The position numbers and the translations under genes are program-made. A stretch of 64,000 nt of DNA from an uncultured Rikenella sp. (GTDB lineage Bacteria; Bacteroidota; Bacteroidia; Bacteroidales; VadinHA17), in NCBI GenBank assembly GCA_964537135.1, contig CAZHZC010000013.1, positions 2,301 to 66,300 on the forward strand, in the 5' to 3' direction. Below are positions 37,825 through 48,490 of the stretch, in pieces (position 1 is the first letter of the stretch; each line of letters starts with the position of its first letter). A model generated the notes under the pieces. The model searched no databases. It was not told the origin of the DNA and worked only from the letters and a program-made list of their open reading frames with translations.

Positions 37825-40473
37825 ATGATCACTCCCTACAGATTAATTCTCCCGCTCCTGCTGGCACTGCTAATATCAGGATGCGGTGAGCGACACCTTA
37901 TCAAAGAGAGGAAGCTGCGTCAGAATATCGAAGAGGAGTTCAGCGCCCGGGCTGCCATGTATGGTGACAAGACGGGCAACCTCTTTGCCCTGGCTGCCGG
38001 CAGTGATAGTATAGAGGTACGTGAGGCCGCCACTTTTCTTCTGGCCTATATGCCTATGAGTGATCTGGCTCACTATGACCGCAACCAGCTACTGTCAACC
38101 ATTACCAGTGCACTCACTGCCCGGGAGGCCACCCCCTGGGGCAGGAAGATTCCCTCATCACTGTTCCTGAATTTTGTGCTGCCCCCACGGGTGAACAATG
38201 AGAATCCTGATGAGTTCAGGGAGACCTGCCGTGATGAGCTGCTTGACCGTGTCAGCGGGCTTACGGCCGTGGAGGCTGCCCTGGAGGTGAACCGCTGGTG
38301 CCAGGAGAAGGTAGCCTACCAGGCGGCCGACTCCCGCACCTCATCACCCCTGGCCACAATACTATCGGCACGCGGACGATGTGGAGAGGAGTCAACCCTG
38401 ACAGTGTCTGCTCTGCGGGCGGTCTCTATACCGGCACGTCAGGTATACACACCCCGCTGGGCACATACTGATGATAACCATGCCTGGGTAGAGTTCTGGG
38501 CTGACGGCAGATGGCACTATCTGGGTGCATGTGAGCCTGAACCGGTACCTGACAGGGGGTGGTTCACCGAGCCGGCACGCAGAGCGATGATGGTACATAC
38601 AAAGAGCTTCGGCTTATATGAGGGCAACGAGAAGGTGATCAGGCGGGAGAGGTTCTTTACCGAGCTGAATACCCTGGAGCGGTATGCAGTGACGAAAGAA
38701 CTGAAGGTGAGGGTCACTGACCCGTCAGGGGAGCCCGTGCCCGGAGCTACCACTGGGTACATGATATATAATTATGCCGAATTCTATCCGCTGGCACAGC
38801 TGACAAGCGACGATCAGGGTGAGAGCAGCCTCACTACCGGGCTGGGCACCCTGCTGATATGGGCTGATGATGGTGAGAGGTACGGCTTCTCACCCGCACT
38901 GCCTGACCAGAGAGAGGTCACAGTGGTCATCTCACCACGACTCCCGGAAGAGACTACTGAGATTGATGTGATGGTGCCGGTGGTACCAACACCCTTCCCG
39001 GAGATAGACCCGCTGCTCGTAGAGGAGAATAACAGGGTGATAGTGAGGGGTGACAGCATCAGGAACCAATATATCGCCTCCTGGATGAGAGGTATCAATA
39101 TTGCTGACCTCGCAGAGGAGACAGGTATTGAGGTTGATCTGCTGGAAGATCTTCTCAGGCGGTCAATGGGCAACTGGCGTGATATCACCGGCTTCCTTAT
39201 GCATGCCGGCGGTAAGGGTGACCTGGCATTACGGCTTCTCAGGAATGTCAGCAGTAAGGATCTTCGTGATACGCCTGCTGATATTCTTGCCGATCATCTG
39301 GACAATGCTCCCGAGCCTCTGCCTGGCAGTGACCCAGCTCTCTATGACCCCTATGTGCTCTCACCCCGTATCTCCAATGAGATGCTCACACCCTTCCGCA
39401 GTCTGTTGCTGGCAGCCCTGCCTGAGGGGTTTGTCGTACGATTCAGGGATAATCCGGCGGCAGCGGCAGCATGGGTCGATAAGACAATAAGAGTCAATAA
39501 TGATGAGAACCATTACCGGGTCCCCATCGTGCCGGGCGGTGTGCTGAAGCTGATGATGGCTGACAGCCACAGCCGGGAGATCTTTCTGGTAGCCCTGCTG
39601 AGGAGCGCCGGTGTGCCCTCACGGCTGGCACCAGGCACAGGCAGGCCACAGTATCATTATGACGGGGTATGGAACGATGTCTGGTTCTCCGATGAGACAG
39701 GAGCATCAGGCAGTCCCGGCTTTATCACTTTTGTCAACGGCAGTGACGGTGAAGAGCCGGAGTATCACGTTCATTTCTCACTGGCACGTCTTGAAGGGGG
39801 TCGTTACACCACCCTGGACTATGGCTACGAGGTGAGGCTCAGTGCACTGCCCAAACATATTGCCCTTGACCCCGGATCCTATATGCTTACCACGGGAAAC
39901 AGGGATGAGAATGGAAATGTGATGGCGTCACTCTCATTCTTTGAGCTGACGGCCGGCCAGGAGCTCTCACTGACAATATCACCACGCATCCTGGTGGCTG
40001 GCACACCGGCCTCAGGAGCCACAACCTCAGGCAGCCTGACGGGGGGCAGCGCCGACCTCTCCGAGGTGGTGGCTGTCGCCGGGGGCGAGGGGCTCACTCT
40101 CAGCTCACTGGCCACAGAGGGTCTGGTAATGATATGGATCGAGCCTGAGCGTGAACCAACCCGTCACCTGCTCAATGACCTGCCCGGCCTCAAGGGTGAG
40201 CTTGACCGGTGGAACGGAAGGTTTATAGTACTTACTGACCCGGCGGTGACCCCGGTAGGGTTCGACCCCTCCGCCATCGATGGTATGCCTGAAAATACAC
40301 TCTTTGCCACTGACCGTGGTCTCAGGCTGCTGGAGGAGCTCTCCGGCGGAGCGCCGGCACGTAGTATGCTGCCGGTGGTGCTCTATACCGCCAGTGACGG
40401 CACAATACTGTTTTCGTCGGAAGGGTACCGTATAGGCACCGGGAGGCAGCTGCTCAGCAAGCTGACTAATTAG
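37825..40473 (+). CDS. Transglutaminase-like domain lipoprotein (one intact Cys-His core, second degenerate domain)
   Basis: Lipobox ISGC; RGRCGEES (Cys), DNHAWVE (His), WHYLGACE. Confidence 0.85.
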   Translation: MITPYRLILPLLLALLISGCGERHLIKERKLRQNIEEEFSARAAMYGDKTGNLFALAAGSDSIEVREAATFLLAYMPMSDLAHYDRNQLLSTITSALTAREATPWGRKIPSSLFLNFVLPPRVNNENPDEFRETCRDELLDRVSGLTAVEAALEVNRWCQEKVAYQAADSRTSSPLATILSARGRCGEESTLTVSALRAVSIPARQVYTPRWAHTDDNHAWVEFWADGRWHYLGACEPEPVPDRGWFTEPARRAMMVHTKSFGLYEGNEKVIRRERFFTELNTLERYAVTKELKVRVTDPSGEPVPGATTGYMIYNYAEFYPLAQLTSDDQGESSLTTGLGTLLIWADDGERYGFSPALPDQREVTVVISPRLPEETTEIDVMVPVVPTPFPEIDPLLVEENNRVIVRGDSIRNQYIASWMRGINIADLAEETGIEVDLLEDLLRRSMGNWRDITGFLMHAGGKGDLALRLLRNVSSKDLRDTPADILADHLDNAPEPLPGSDPALYDPYVLSPRISNEMLTPFRSLLLAALPEGFVVRFRDNPAAAAAWVDKTIRVNNDENHYRVPIVPGGVLKLMMADSHSREIFLVALLRSAGVPSRLAPGTGRPQYHYDGVWNDVWFSDETGASGSPGFITFVNGSDGEEPEYHVHFSLARLEGGRYTTLDYGYEVRLSALPKHIALDPGSYMLTTGNRDENGNVMASLSFFELTAGQELSLTISPRILVAGTPASGATTSGSLTGGSADLSEVVAVAGGEGLTLSSLATEGLVMIWIEPEREPTRHLLNDLPGLKGELDRWNGRFIVLTDPAVTPVGFDPSAIDGMPENTLFATDRGLRLLEELSGGAPARSMLPVVLYTASDGTILFSSEGYRIGTGRQLLSKLTN

Positions 40474-40479
40474 CCGGCA

Positions 40480-42672
40480 ATGAAAGGCCTTCTCCGGGCA
40501 GCTGTATGCATGGTAGTGCTCATGGTCTCATGCCATGCTCCGCTGACGCGTGACCTCACCGCCTTTGTCGATCCGTTTATTGGTACTGACGGTCATGGTC
40601 ATCTCTTCCCCGGAGCCACCACCCCATTCGGTATGGTACAGCTCAGTCCGGACAATGGCACCTCCGGATGGGACTGGTGTTCAGGCTACCACTACTCTGA
40701 CTCTCTCATTGCCGGTTTCAGCCACACCCACCTCAGCGGCACCGGCATAGGTGATCTGTGTGACATACTCTTCCTCCCCTCGATGCAACCTTTCAGCCGT
40801 GCACTGCCTGACCCTGACGCCTCACTGGCCAGGCTGAACAGGGTATGGTTCTCGCATGATGCCGAGCAGGCGCGCCCCGGATACTATGCCGTAGCACTCT
40901 CGTCAGGTGTTGATGTGGAGCTCACCGCCACACCCAGGTGCGGCATACAGAGATATACAGCTGTTGAGGAGGGTACCATGCACGTACTCCTCGATCTGGG
41001 CTTCGCCATCAACTGGGATCGTCCTGCTGACTGTATGATCTCATGGGATGGCACTATGCTTACCGGCCGGCGTATCTCTGCCGGCTGGGCCGAGAAGCAG
41101 TACCTCTTCTTTGCCACCCGCTTCTCACGTGAGCCGGCAGCAGTGGAGATGATCAATTCAGGCACCACAGAGGGCACTACCCTGACAGAGGGGACAAACA
41201 TCTCATGTCTGCTCACCTTCAGTATGGGCAGGCAGGAGGAGCTGATCATCAAGACCGGTATCTCGGCAGTGGATATTGACGGTGCAGCTGACGCCCTGAC
41301 GGCCGAGGTGCCGGGGTGGGACTTCACGGGCAGTGCAGCAGCAGCACGTCAGGCGTGGCAGAAGAGGCTGGAGGTGATAGAGGCAGGGTCATCAGACACC
41401 TCACAGCTGAAGGTGTTCTACACCGCGCTCTATCACTCCATGATCGCTCCTAACCTCTATACGGATGTTGACGGCAGGTACCGGGGAACAGATGGTGAGA
41501 TACACCGTGCTGACGGGTTTGTAAACTATACCCTCTTCTCATTGTGGGATACCTATCGTGCTGCCCATCCGCTCTTCACCATCACCGCACCTGAGATGGT
41601 ACCCCACTTTATAAATACCATGCTCACCATCAGGGAGGAGCAGGGCAAGCTGCCTGTCTGGTCACTCGCAGGAAATGAGACAAACTGCATGATAGGTTAC
41701 CATGCCGTGCCGGTGCTTGCTGATGCCATACAGAAGCGGTTCACCGGCTTTGACTATGAGGCAGCACTGGAGGCTGCCATCCACTCGGCATCACTTGACT
41801 TCAGAGGCCTTGACCACTACCGCCAATATGGTTATATACCCTCTGATCTCGAGAACGAATCGGTCTCCAAGACGATGGAGTATGCCATTGATGACTGGTG
41901 TATATACCAGATGGCTAACCACCTGGGTAAGAGTGATATTGCAGAGGAGTATCTTAAGCGTTCCTACAGCTACCGTAACCTGTTCGACACCACAATGCTC
42001 TTTGTCAGGGGGCGGATGAGTGATGGCAGCTGGCGTCAGGACTATGACCCTCTCTATTCACACCATACCGACTCTGACTTCACGGAAGGCAACGGGTGGC
42101 AGTATACCTGGCTGGCACCACATGATGTTGACGGACTGATCTCGCTCTTTGGTGGCAGGGAGAGATTCCTGCAGCGCCTTGACTCACTCTTCATTGTTAC
42201 CGACCAGGTGAAGGGTGACCACGCATCACCTGACATAAGCGGGCTAATCGGACAGTATGCGCATGGCAATGAGCCCTCGCACCATGTGGCCTACCTCTTC
42301 ACCATGGCCGGGGCGCCGGAGAGGAGCGAGGTGATGGTGAGAAGGATTATTTCAGAGATGTACAGCGACAGGCCCGACGGAGTGTGCGGGAATGAGGACT
42401 GCGGCCAGCTCTCGGCATGGTACATCTTCTCCGCCATGGGGTTCTATCCGGTCAATCCTGCCGATGGCAGGTTCATACTGGGCAGCCCCGCCCTGGAGAG
42501 CGCACAGATCACCCTTCCCGGTGGAGGGAGGTTCACCATGGTGGCTGAAGGCAACGCACCCGGCAGGGTGAATGTTGAATCGTGCTACCTCAACGGTATG
42601 CTGCTTGACCGTAACTATATCACCTATGACGAGATAATGGCTGGCGGCGAGCTTAGATTTATTATGAGATAG
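40480..42672 (+). CDS. GH92 family alpha-mannosidase (lipoprotein)
   Basis: VDPFIGT, PGAT.PFGMVQLSPD, FSHTHLSGTG, FSLWDTYRA, SKTMEYA, FTEGNGWQY, GNEDCGQLSAW. Confidence 0.95.
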   Translation: MKGLLRAAVCMVVLMVSCHAPLTRDLTAFVDPFIGTDGHGHLFPGATTPFGMVQLSPDNGTSGWDWCSGYHYSDSLIAGFSHTHLSGTGIGDLCDILFLPSMQPFSRALPDPDASLARLNRVWFSHDAEQARPGYYAVALSSGVDVELTATPRCGIQRYTAVEEGTMHVLLDLGFAINWDRPADCMISWDGTMLTGRRISAGWAEKQYLFFATRFSREPAAVEMINSGTTEGTTLTEGTNISCLLTFSMGRQEELIIKTGISAVDIDGAADALTAEVPGWDFTGSAAAARQAWQKRLEVIEAGSSDTSQLKVFYTALYHSMIAPNLYTDVDGRYRGTDGEIHRADGFVNYTLFSLWDTYRAAHPLFTITAPEMVPHFINTMLTIREEQGKLPVWSLAGNETNCMIGYHAVPVLADAIQKRFTGFDYEAALEAAIHSASLDFRGLDHYRQYGYIPSDLENESVSKTMEYAIDDWCIYQMANHLGKSDIAEEYLKRSYSYRNLFDTTMLFVRGRMSDGSWRQDYDPLYSHHTDSDFTEGNGWQYTWLAPHDVDGLISLFGGRERFLQRLDSLFIVTDQVKGDHASPDISGLIGQYAHGNEPSHHVAYLFTMAGAPERSEVMVRRIISEMYSDRPDGVCGNEDCGQLSAWYIFSAMGFYPVNPADGRFILGSPALESAQITLPGGGRFTMVAEGNAPGRVNVESCYLNGMLLDRNYITYDEIMAGGELRFIMR

Positions 42673-42678
42673 AGAGGT

Positions 42679-44961
42679 ATGCCCCGAGGGCAGCTCGCTG
42701 TGCTGCCTTTACTGTGCTACTCTGTTCAGATTCTATTCACAGTGGCAGGGTTAACCACTTTTTACTTACTTTTAGGCCCAAATGGTGTGCCATTGCAAAG
42801 AGGTCCCTTCATAGCATTGCTGTTTCTGGTCATGCCCCTTGCTCTCTCAGGGCAGGGTGAGTATGCGGTTGGAAAACCGCTCTTTCCCGCTATAGATCAG
42901 TGGCATGAGGTAACTATCGACCAGGAGGCGCTGACCCTCATGCGTTCACTTGACCAGCCCAAGGACCAGCCATGGCAGTTTGCCATCCCTGTCGGTGTAT
43001 CGCTCACGCCTTTTAACTCAGGCTTTACTGTCAGCCGTGGGGGAGAGACCGTCTGGGTGCTGCCACTCTCCTCCAAGGGAGCCCTCTCGCTCAACCTGAT
43101 CCTCACCCCCTATGAGCTGCCGGATGGTGCTTATATATATCTGTATGATAATGACCGTACTGTTGTGAGGGGTGCCTTTACTGCCGGCAGTGGGAGCCAC
43201 ACTCTCCCCATCCTTCCTGTGCCCGGTGACCTGATGGTGCTTGAGTGTCATTTCCCCGGTGGTCTCATACCTCCTGATGCAATAGGTGTCAGCCAGGTGG
43301 CTCATGACTTTGCGGGCTTCTTCGCCCCGCCTGACACCAAGGATGCCTATTATGGCAGGTCTGGTGAGTGCGAGGTTGATCTCCTCTGTTCATCAGACAC
43401 CACCCACCATAGGGTTGCAGGCTCGGTGGTGAGGCTGCTGGTAGCAGGTATAGAGCTCTGTACCGGCGTCATGGTCAACACCACCGGCAACGCCAATAAA
43501 CCCTATCTGCTTACTGCCAACCACTGTATCAGCAATGACAAGGAGGCGGCAAATACCATATTTGTATTTAACTACCGCAGTCCGGTATGCGGGGGACCAG
43601 ACATAAGCAACATGCATTCGCTCACCGGCTCGTTCCTGCGTGCTACCGGTACTGAGACCGATTTCTCACTGGTTGAGCTGCATCAGTTTCCCCCTATACA
43701 CTTCAAGCCTTACCTGGCAGGCTGGGATATCAGCGGGACAGCGCCCTCATCAGCCTTCACGCTTCATCATCCTGAAGGTGATATGATGAAGGTGAGCCTT
43801 ACCGGCAGGGCGCCGGTTGTCAATTCCTATCCGGTACCGGGGTTTGCTGCGTCGGCCTTCTGGAGGGTCATGTTGTGGGATAGTGGCTCTACCGAGCCCG
43901 GCTCATCGGGCGCACCCCTCTTTGACCCTGCCGGCCTGATAAGGGGCACCCTCACCGGTGGCTCAGCCACCTGTGCCAATCCCCGTAACGACTATTTTGC
44001 CAGGGTAAGCATGATGTTTGACCATGGCGACAGTGAATCGTCGCGCCTGCGACCCTGGCTTGACCCTCTCTCAATAGGCGCCACCCGCACCGGAGGCCGG
44101 AATCCATACCAGGCAAACCTGTCACAGTCAGATACGTTAGGAGGTATAACTACCGGTGAGGGCGGTATGATGAGTTCATACCTGCTGCCCGGCTGGGGGC
44201 TCTCTACCGGACACAACTCAGACAGCCTGGTCAGCTATGCTGAATATATTCCCTTCGCAGGTAGCGGCGAGCTTATATGGCTAAGAGTCAGGGTAGCTGC
44301 AGCTGCTCCCCTCTCTCATGCCGACTCAATACGATTCTACCTGTGGCATGATAGTGACACTCCGGGTAATGTTATTACCAGCAGGAGGCTGAGGGTCAGT
44401 GAGGTTATCAGCGGTCATGAGACGGAGCTTGACTTTGGCGGTCCGGTAGCTCTCTCCGGACCTTTCTATGCCGGTTACCGCATCTATTATCGTGAGAGCC
44501 TTCATCAGCACCAGCCACTCTTTGGCGTAACCCACTCGGCACCATATCTCTATCCACCACTCAACAGCGCCTTCTTCAGTGACGGTACCAGCTGGAAGCC
44601 CTTTACCAGCCACCCGTCATACCCCATGTCGGTATCACTAGGGATAAGGGCTGTCATGGTAAAAAACTCACTCCTCAGGGTGCCAGACACTATCCGTCCG
44701 CCTCAGGCAGGGGTGCAGGTATTCCCAAACCCCTTTGTCTCTTACATCACCTTCAGGATAGTTGATGGCGTGGCTGATGAGCTGTCACTGCTGATCTATG
44801 ACAACGCCGGCCTGGTGGTTCATGCAGGCCACTACAGCATCACCGCCCCCGGTGAGCTCACCGTTGAGCTGCCCCCCCTGTTACCCGGGGTGTACCATTA
44901 CAGCCTGACAGCAGGCAGGCAACAATACTCAGGCACCGTGATTAAATCTGTAATCAGATGA
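42679..44961 (+). CDS. Trypsin-like (lysyl endopeptidase-type) serine protease with T9SS C-terminal sorting domain
   Basis: Triad LTANHC / TDFSLVEL / GSSGAP; C-terminal VFPNPF..G.Y......K pattern. True start may be GTG ~42787. Confidence 0.85.
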   Translation: MPRGQLAVLPLLCYSVQILFTVAGLTTFYLLLGPNGVPLQRGPFIALLFLVMPLALSGQGEYAVGKPLFPAIDQWHEVTIDQEALTLMRSLDQPKDQPWQFAIPVGVSLTPFNSGFTVSRGGETVWVLPLSSKGALSLNLILTPYELPDGAYIYLYDNDRTVVRGAFTAGSGSHTLPILPVPGDLMVLECHFPGGLIPPDAIGVSQVAHDFAGFFAPPDTKDAYYGRSGECEVDLLCSSDTTHHRVAGSVVRLLVAGIELCTGVMVNTTGNANKPYLLTANHCISNDKEAANTIFVFNYRSPVCGGPDISNMHSLTGSFLRATGTETDFSLVELHQFPPIHFKPYLAGWDISGTAPSSAFTLHHPEGDMMKVSLTGRAPVVNSYPVPGFAASAFWRVMLWDSGSTEPGSSGAPLFDPAGLIRGTLTGGSATCANPRNDYFARVSMMFDHGDSESSRLRPWLDPLSIGATRTGGRNPYQANLSQSDTLGGITTGEGGMMSSYLLPGWGLSTGHNSDSLVSYAEYIPFAGSGELIWLRVRVAAAAPLSHADSIRFYLWHDSDTPGNVITSRRLRVSEVISGHETELDFGGPVALSGPFYAGYRIYYRESLHQHQPLFGVTHSAPYLYPPLNSAFFSDGTSWKPFTSHPSYPMSVSLGIRAVMVKNSLLRVPDTIRPPQAGVQVFPNPFVSYITFRIVDGVADELSLLIYDNAGLVVHAGHYSITAPGELTVELPPLLPGVYHYSLTAGRQQYSGTVIKSVIR

Positions 44962-46241
44962 GTAGCAGCAATATGACTACCGATTCTCTCGCAGGCCGTC
45001 CACCGCTGCAGCCACCAGCCGCCACAGAGGTCACTGCCAGTCCTGTTGCAGCTTTCCCCCCGCGGGCACCTCATCATGGAGGTACCCCGGTAACAATGCT
45101 GGCCATAACACTTGTGGTCTCCCTGATCATCCTGGCAGCCGGCTGTCGTCACCGTAGCGATCCTTCCCCTTCAGGTCACCCTTCAGGTCCCTCATCGGCC
45201 ACCGGCGAGGCTACCGGTCTCAGGATAGAGAGGGAGGGAGATGTTGTCAGGGTGACAGTGACCACCCCATGGCAGAAGAGTGGTGGTGCCGGACATATCT
45301 GGTACCTGGTGCCGCATGGCAGGGTGCTGCCCGTAGGGGTGAATGAGGGAGAGGTCATAAGGGTTCCCATCAGCAGGATAGTATGTATGTCAACAACACA
45401 CATAGCCATGCTTCGCGCCCTTGAGGCCGAGAACCTGATAGTCGGCATCTCCGGCACAACGCTGGTGTATGACTCTCTTATACGAAAGGCGATAAGCCGG
45501 GGAGAGATAGCAGATGTCGGTTATGAGGCCAGCCTCGACAAGGAGCTGATCATCTCACTCGCTCCTGACCTGGTGATGGCCTACGGCATCACCGGACCGG
45601 TCACCGGAAGCATGGCACGACTGTCGGAGACAGGTGTAAAGGTCTTTTACAATGCTGAGCACCTTGAGAGTCATCCGCTGGCACGCAGTGAGTGGATCAG
45701 GCTCTTCGGGCTGCTGGCAGGCAAGGAGGCGATGGCTGACTCTATCGTAGTTGCTGTTACTGCCAGCTACCATGAGCTGACAATGATGGTTGACAGCCTC
45801 GTCACCCGCCGGCCCCTGGTGCTGCTGGGGGCGCCCTGGGAAGATGTGTGGTACATCTCACCGTCAGACTCATACACCGGCCGCCTGATCAATGATGCCG
45901 GTGGTGAGTACCTCTACAGTGAGCTGCGGGGCGCCAACCCCTTCCCCATGTCGGTGGAGTCGGTCTTCCGCAAGGCTGCCGGGGCTGAGATATGGATCAA
46001 CCCGGGTGAGGCTGCCTCGCTGCAGGCGATCGCTGCTGCTGACCGCCGGCTGGCAGCACTGCCCCTCTTCAGTGGGGGAAGGGTTTGGAACAACCGCCTG
46101 AGAACCACAGCTACCGGGGGTAACGACTATTGGGAGAGTGCCGTGGTACGTCCTGACAGGCTTCTCAGTGATTTTATAGCGATTATCCATCCGGAGCTGA
46201 TGCCCGGCTATGAATATTATTATTACAGGAGAGTGGAGTGA
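44958..46241 (+). CDS. ABC transporter substrate-binding lipoprotein (cobalamin/Fe-chelate, BtuF-like)
   Basis: RIVCMSTTH, E.HPLARSEWI, NDYWESAVVRPD motifs; lipobox AAGC; ATGA overlap. Confidence 0.85.
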   Translation: MSSSNMTTDSLAGRPPLQPPAATEVTASPVAAFPPRAPHHGGTPVTMLAITLVVSLIILAAGCRHRSDPSPSGHPSGPSSATGEATGLRIEREGDVVRVTVTTPWQKSGGAGHIWYLVPHGRVLPVGVNEGEVIRVPISRIVCMSTTHIAMLRALEAENLIVGISGTTLVYDSLIRKAISRGEIADVGYEASLDKELIISLAPDLVMAYGITGPVTGSMARLSETGVKVFYNAEHLESHPLARSEWIRLFGLLAGKEAMADSIVVAVTASYHELTMMVDSLVTRRPLVLLGAPWEDVWYISPSDSYTGRLINDAGGEYLYSELRGANPFPMSVESVFRKAAGAEIWINPGEAASLQAIAAADRRLAALPLFSGGRVWNNRLRTTATGGNDYWESAVVRPDRLLSDFIAIIHPELMPGYEYYYYRRVE

Positions 46242-47272
46242 AGAGAGGATTTGCAAGGCCGCTGATGGTGATGGCAGCCCTCATCGTGCTGATGGTGCTG
46301 CTCTTCATAGCTGATATCTTCCTCGGAAGTACACGTATCGATGTCTCTGCTGTGCTGCAGGCTCTCCTGGGCAACGGCCCCCCGGGTGACACCATTATCA
46401 TTATGCAGTTCAGGCTGCCCAAGGCACTCACTGCCGTGATTGCCGGTGCAGCCATGTCTGTCAGCGGACTGCTGATGCAGACCCTCTTCCGTAACCCTCT
46501 CGCCGGTCCTGATGTGCTGGGGGTGAGCTCCGGCGCCGGGCTGGGTGTGGCTCTCACCCTGCTGACGCTCTTCCCGCTGATCACTATCCCTGACGGGAGC
46601 CTCATGGCAGGGTGGGGGGTGGTGCTGGCAGCATGGGCCGGCGCTGGTGCAGTGATGATGGTCATCATGGCTGTCTCAGCACGTATGCATGACATTATGA
46701 CTGTCCTGATCACCGGCCTGCTGCTTGCCAGCGCTATCTCAGCCGTAGTGAGCCTCCTGCAATATTTCAGCAACGAGGCGATGCTCAAGACCTATGTCAT
46801 ATGGACCATGGGTAATCTGGGTAATCTATCATACCTACAGGTGAGGGTGCTGGCTATCGCCACAGCCATAGGCCTGGCAGTAGCCGGCGTCATGGTCAAG
46901 CCACTCAATGCGATGCTGATGGGAGAGACCTTTTCACAGACGGTGGGTGTGCGGCTGCAGGTGACACGGCTGCTGCTGCTGGCATCGGCAAGCATACTGG
47001 CCGGCAGCGTGACAGCTTTCTGTGGGCCCCTGGCATTCATCGGCATTGCGGTACCACATATAGGGAGGCTCCTCTTTAACACCACCGATCATCGTATACT
47101 GATGCCGGGGGTGATCATCACCGGTGCAGTGGTACTGCTCTTCAGTGACATCGTCTCCACAATGCCGGGTGGCGGGCATATCATACCGGTAAACTCAGTG
47201 ACCTCACTGATAGGTATACCTGTGGTACTCTGGATAATTCTCGGAAAGAAGGGGATGGGGAGGAGGTTCTGA
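46238..47272 (+). CDS. FecCD/BtuC family ABC permease
   Basis: RLPKA, QTLFRNPLAGP..LGVSSGA, GPLAFIGIAVPH motifs. Confidence 0.93.
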   Translation: MKRGFARPLMVMAALIVLMVLLFIADIFLGSTRIDVSAVLQALLGNGPPGDTIIIMQFRLPKALTAVIAGAAMSVSGLLMQTLFRNPLAGPDVLGVSSGAGLGVALTLLTLFPLITIPDGSLMAGWGVVLAAWAGAGAVMMVIMAVSARMHDIMTVLITGLLLASAISAVVSLLQYFSNEAMLKTYVIWTMGNLGNLSYLQVRVLAIATAIGLAVAGVMVKPLNAMLMGETFSQTVGVRLQVTRLLLLASASILAGSVTAFCGPLAFIGIAVPHIGRLLFNTTDHRILMPGVIITGAVVLLFSDIVSTMPGGGHIIPVNSVTSLIGIPVVLWIILGKKGMGRRF

Positions 47273-48402
47273 TGGATAGGATAATGGTCAGCACAAGTGA
47301 GCTACAGATAGGGTACCAGGTACGGAGGAGGAGTATCATGGTGATGGAGAACCTCTCTGTCACGGCACGACGCGGTGAGCTGGTGGCACTGATAGGCCGT
47401 AACGGTACCGGTAAGAGCACCCTGCTGAAGACCATCACCGGCCTGCTGCCACCACTGGAAGGCACCGTCATGATCGACGGCAGAAGCCTCAGGGAGAGAG
47501 GAGCCCCACAGCTGCCCAGGGTGGTGAGCTATGTCTCCACCGAGCCACTGATGGTACGTAACATCAGGGTGCGGGAGGTGGTGGCACTGGGTCGCTTCCC
47601 CTATACCAACTGGGTGGGCACACTGACAGAGGCTGACCAGGAGGCGGTGGCAGCAGCGATGAAGGCCACCGGCATAACACCTCTCGCTGATCGTATCATA
47701 GACAGCCTCTCCGACGGTGAGAGGCAGCGAACCCTCATAGCACGTTCACTGGCACAGGATACCGGACTGATGGCTATGGATGAGCCTACCGCCTTTCTGG
47801 ACCTGCCCTCACGATATAGCATTGTCAGCCTGCTCAGGCAGCTGACACGTGAGGCGGATAAGTGTGTGGTATACTCAACCCATGACCTCGATACCGCTAT
47901 CAGCGAGGCAGACAAGATATGGCTCATGAGTGACGGTGCCATCTATGAGGGTGCCCCTGAAGACCTTCTGCTGCAAGGGACGCTGGCAAAAGCTTTTGAG
48001 AGCCCCATGCTCACCTTCAGCCAGAAAGACGGGCGGGTGAGCCTGCTGAGAGAGGGGAGGGGAATGGTGGCCCTCAGCGGCAGCGGACCGGCAGCCGGAC
48101 TGACGGAAAAGGCACTGTCCAGATGTGGATTTGTTGCTGATGAGAAGGCTGAGACACGGGTAACCATGATAGAAGATACGGAAGGGGTACGGTGGAGAGT
48201 GAGAGAGGGGAAGGTTGCAGGAGAAGAGAGAGAAGTAGCAATGGCAGGAGCATCGGCAGAAACCGGGTCAGGAGCAGAGTCAGGAGCATCGGCAGGTATC
48301 GTTGTAAGCACAGGGTCAGGAGGGAGTGTGGAATATACCTTCACTTCACTCTATGACCTGCTGAGATACCTGCAGGGTGGTCGCCGGGATGGGCAGCCTT
48401 AA
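47272..48402 (+). CDS. ABC transporter ATP-binding protein (FecE/BtuD-like)
   Basis: GRNGTGKST, LSDGERQR, MDEPTAFLD, STHD motifs. Confidence 0.93.
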   Translation: MDRIMVSTSELQIGYQVRRRSIMVMENLSVTARRGELVALIGRNGTGKSTLLKTITGLLPPLEGTVMIDGRSLRERGAPQLPRVVSYVSTEPLMVRNIRVREVVALGRFPYTNWVGTLTEADQEAVAAAMKATGITPLADRIIDSLSDGERQRTLIARSLAQDTGLMAMDEPTAFLDLPSRYSIVSLLRQLTREADKCVVYSTHDLDTAISEADKIWLMSDGAIYEGAPEDLLLQGTLAKAFESPMLTFSQKDGRVSLLREGRGMVALSGSGPAAGLTEKALSRCGFVADEKAETRVTMIEDTEGVRWRVREGKVAGEEREVAMAGASAETGSGAESGASAGIVVSTGSGGSVEYTFTSLYDLLRYLQGGRRDGQP

Positions 48403-48490
48403 CCGATAGAGGCCTGCCGGGCTAGAAATGGGGCATGACTCTCACCCGGCAAACGTTACTGCTCTAGCAGCAGCATAGTCACAAAAATGG

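Noticed and set aside
44800-45000. Cobalamin riboswitch ahead of the Btu/Fec-like ABC operon
   Set aside because: The binding-protein gene overlaps the upstream gene (ATGA); there is no intergenic space or B12-box motif, so the substrate stays unassigned.
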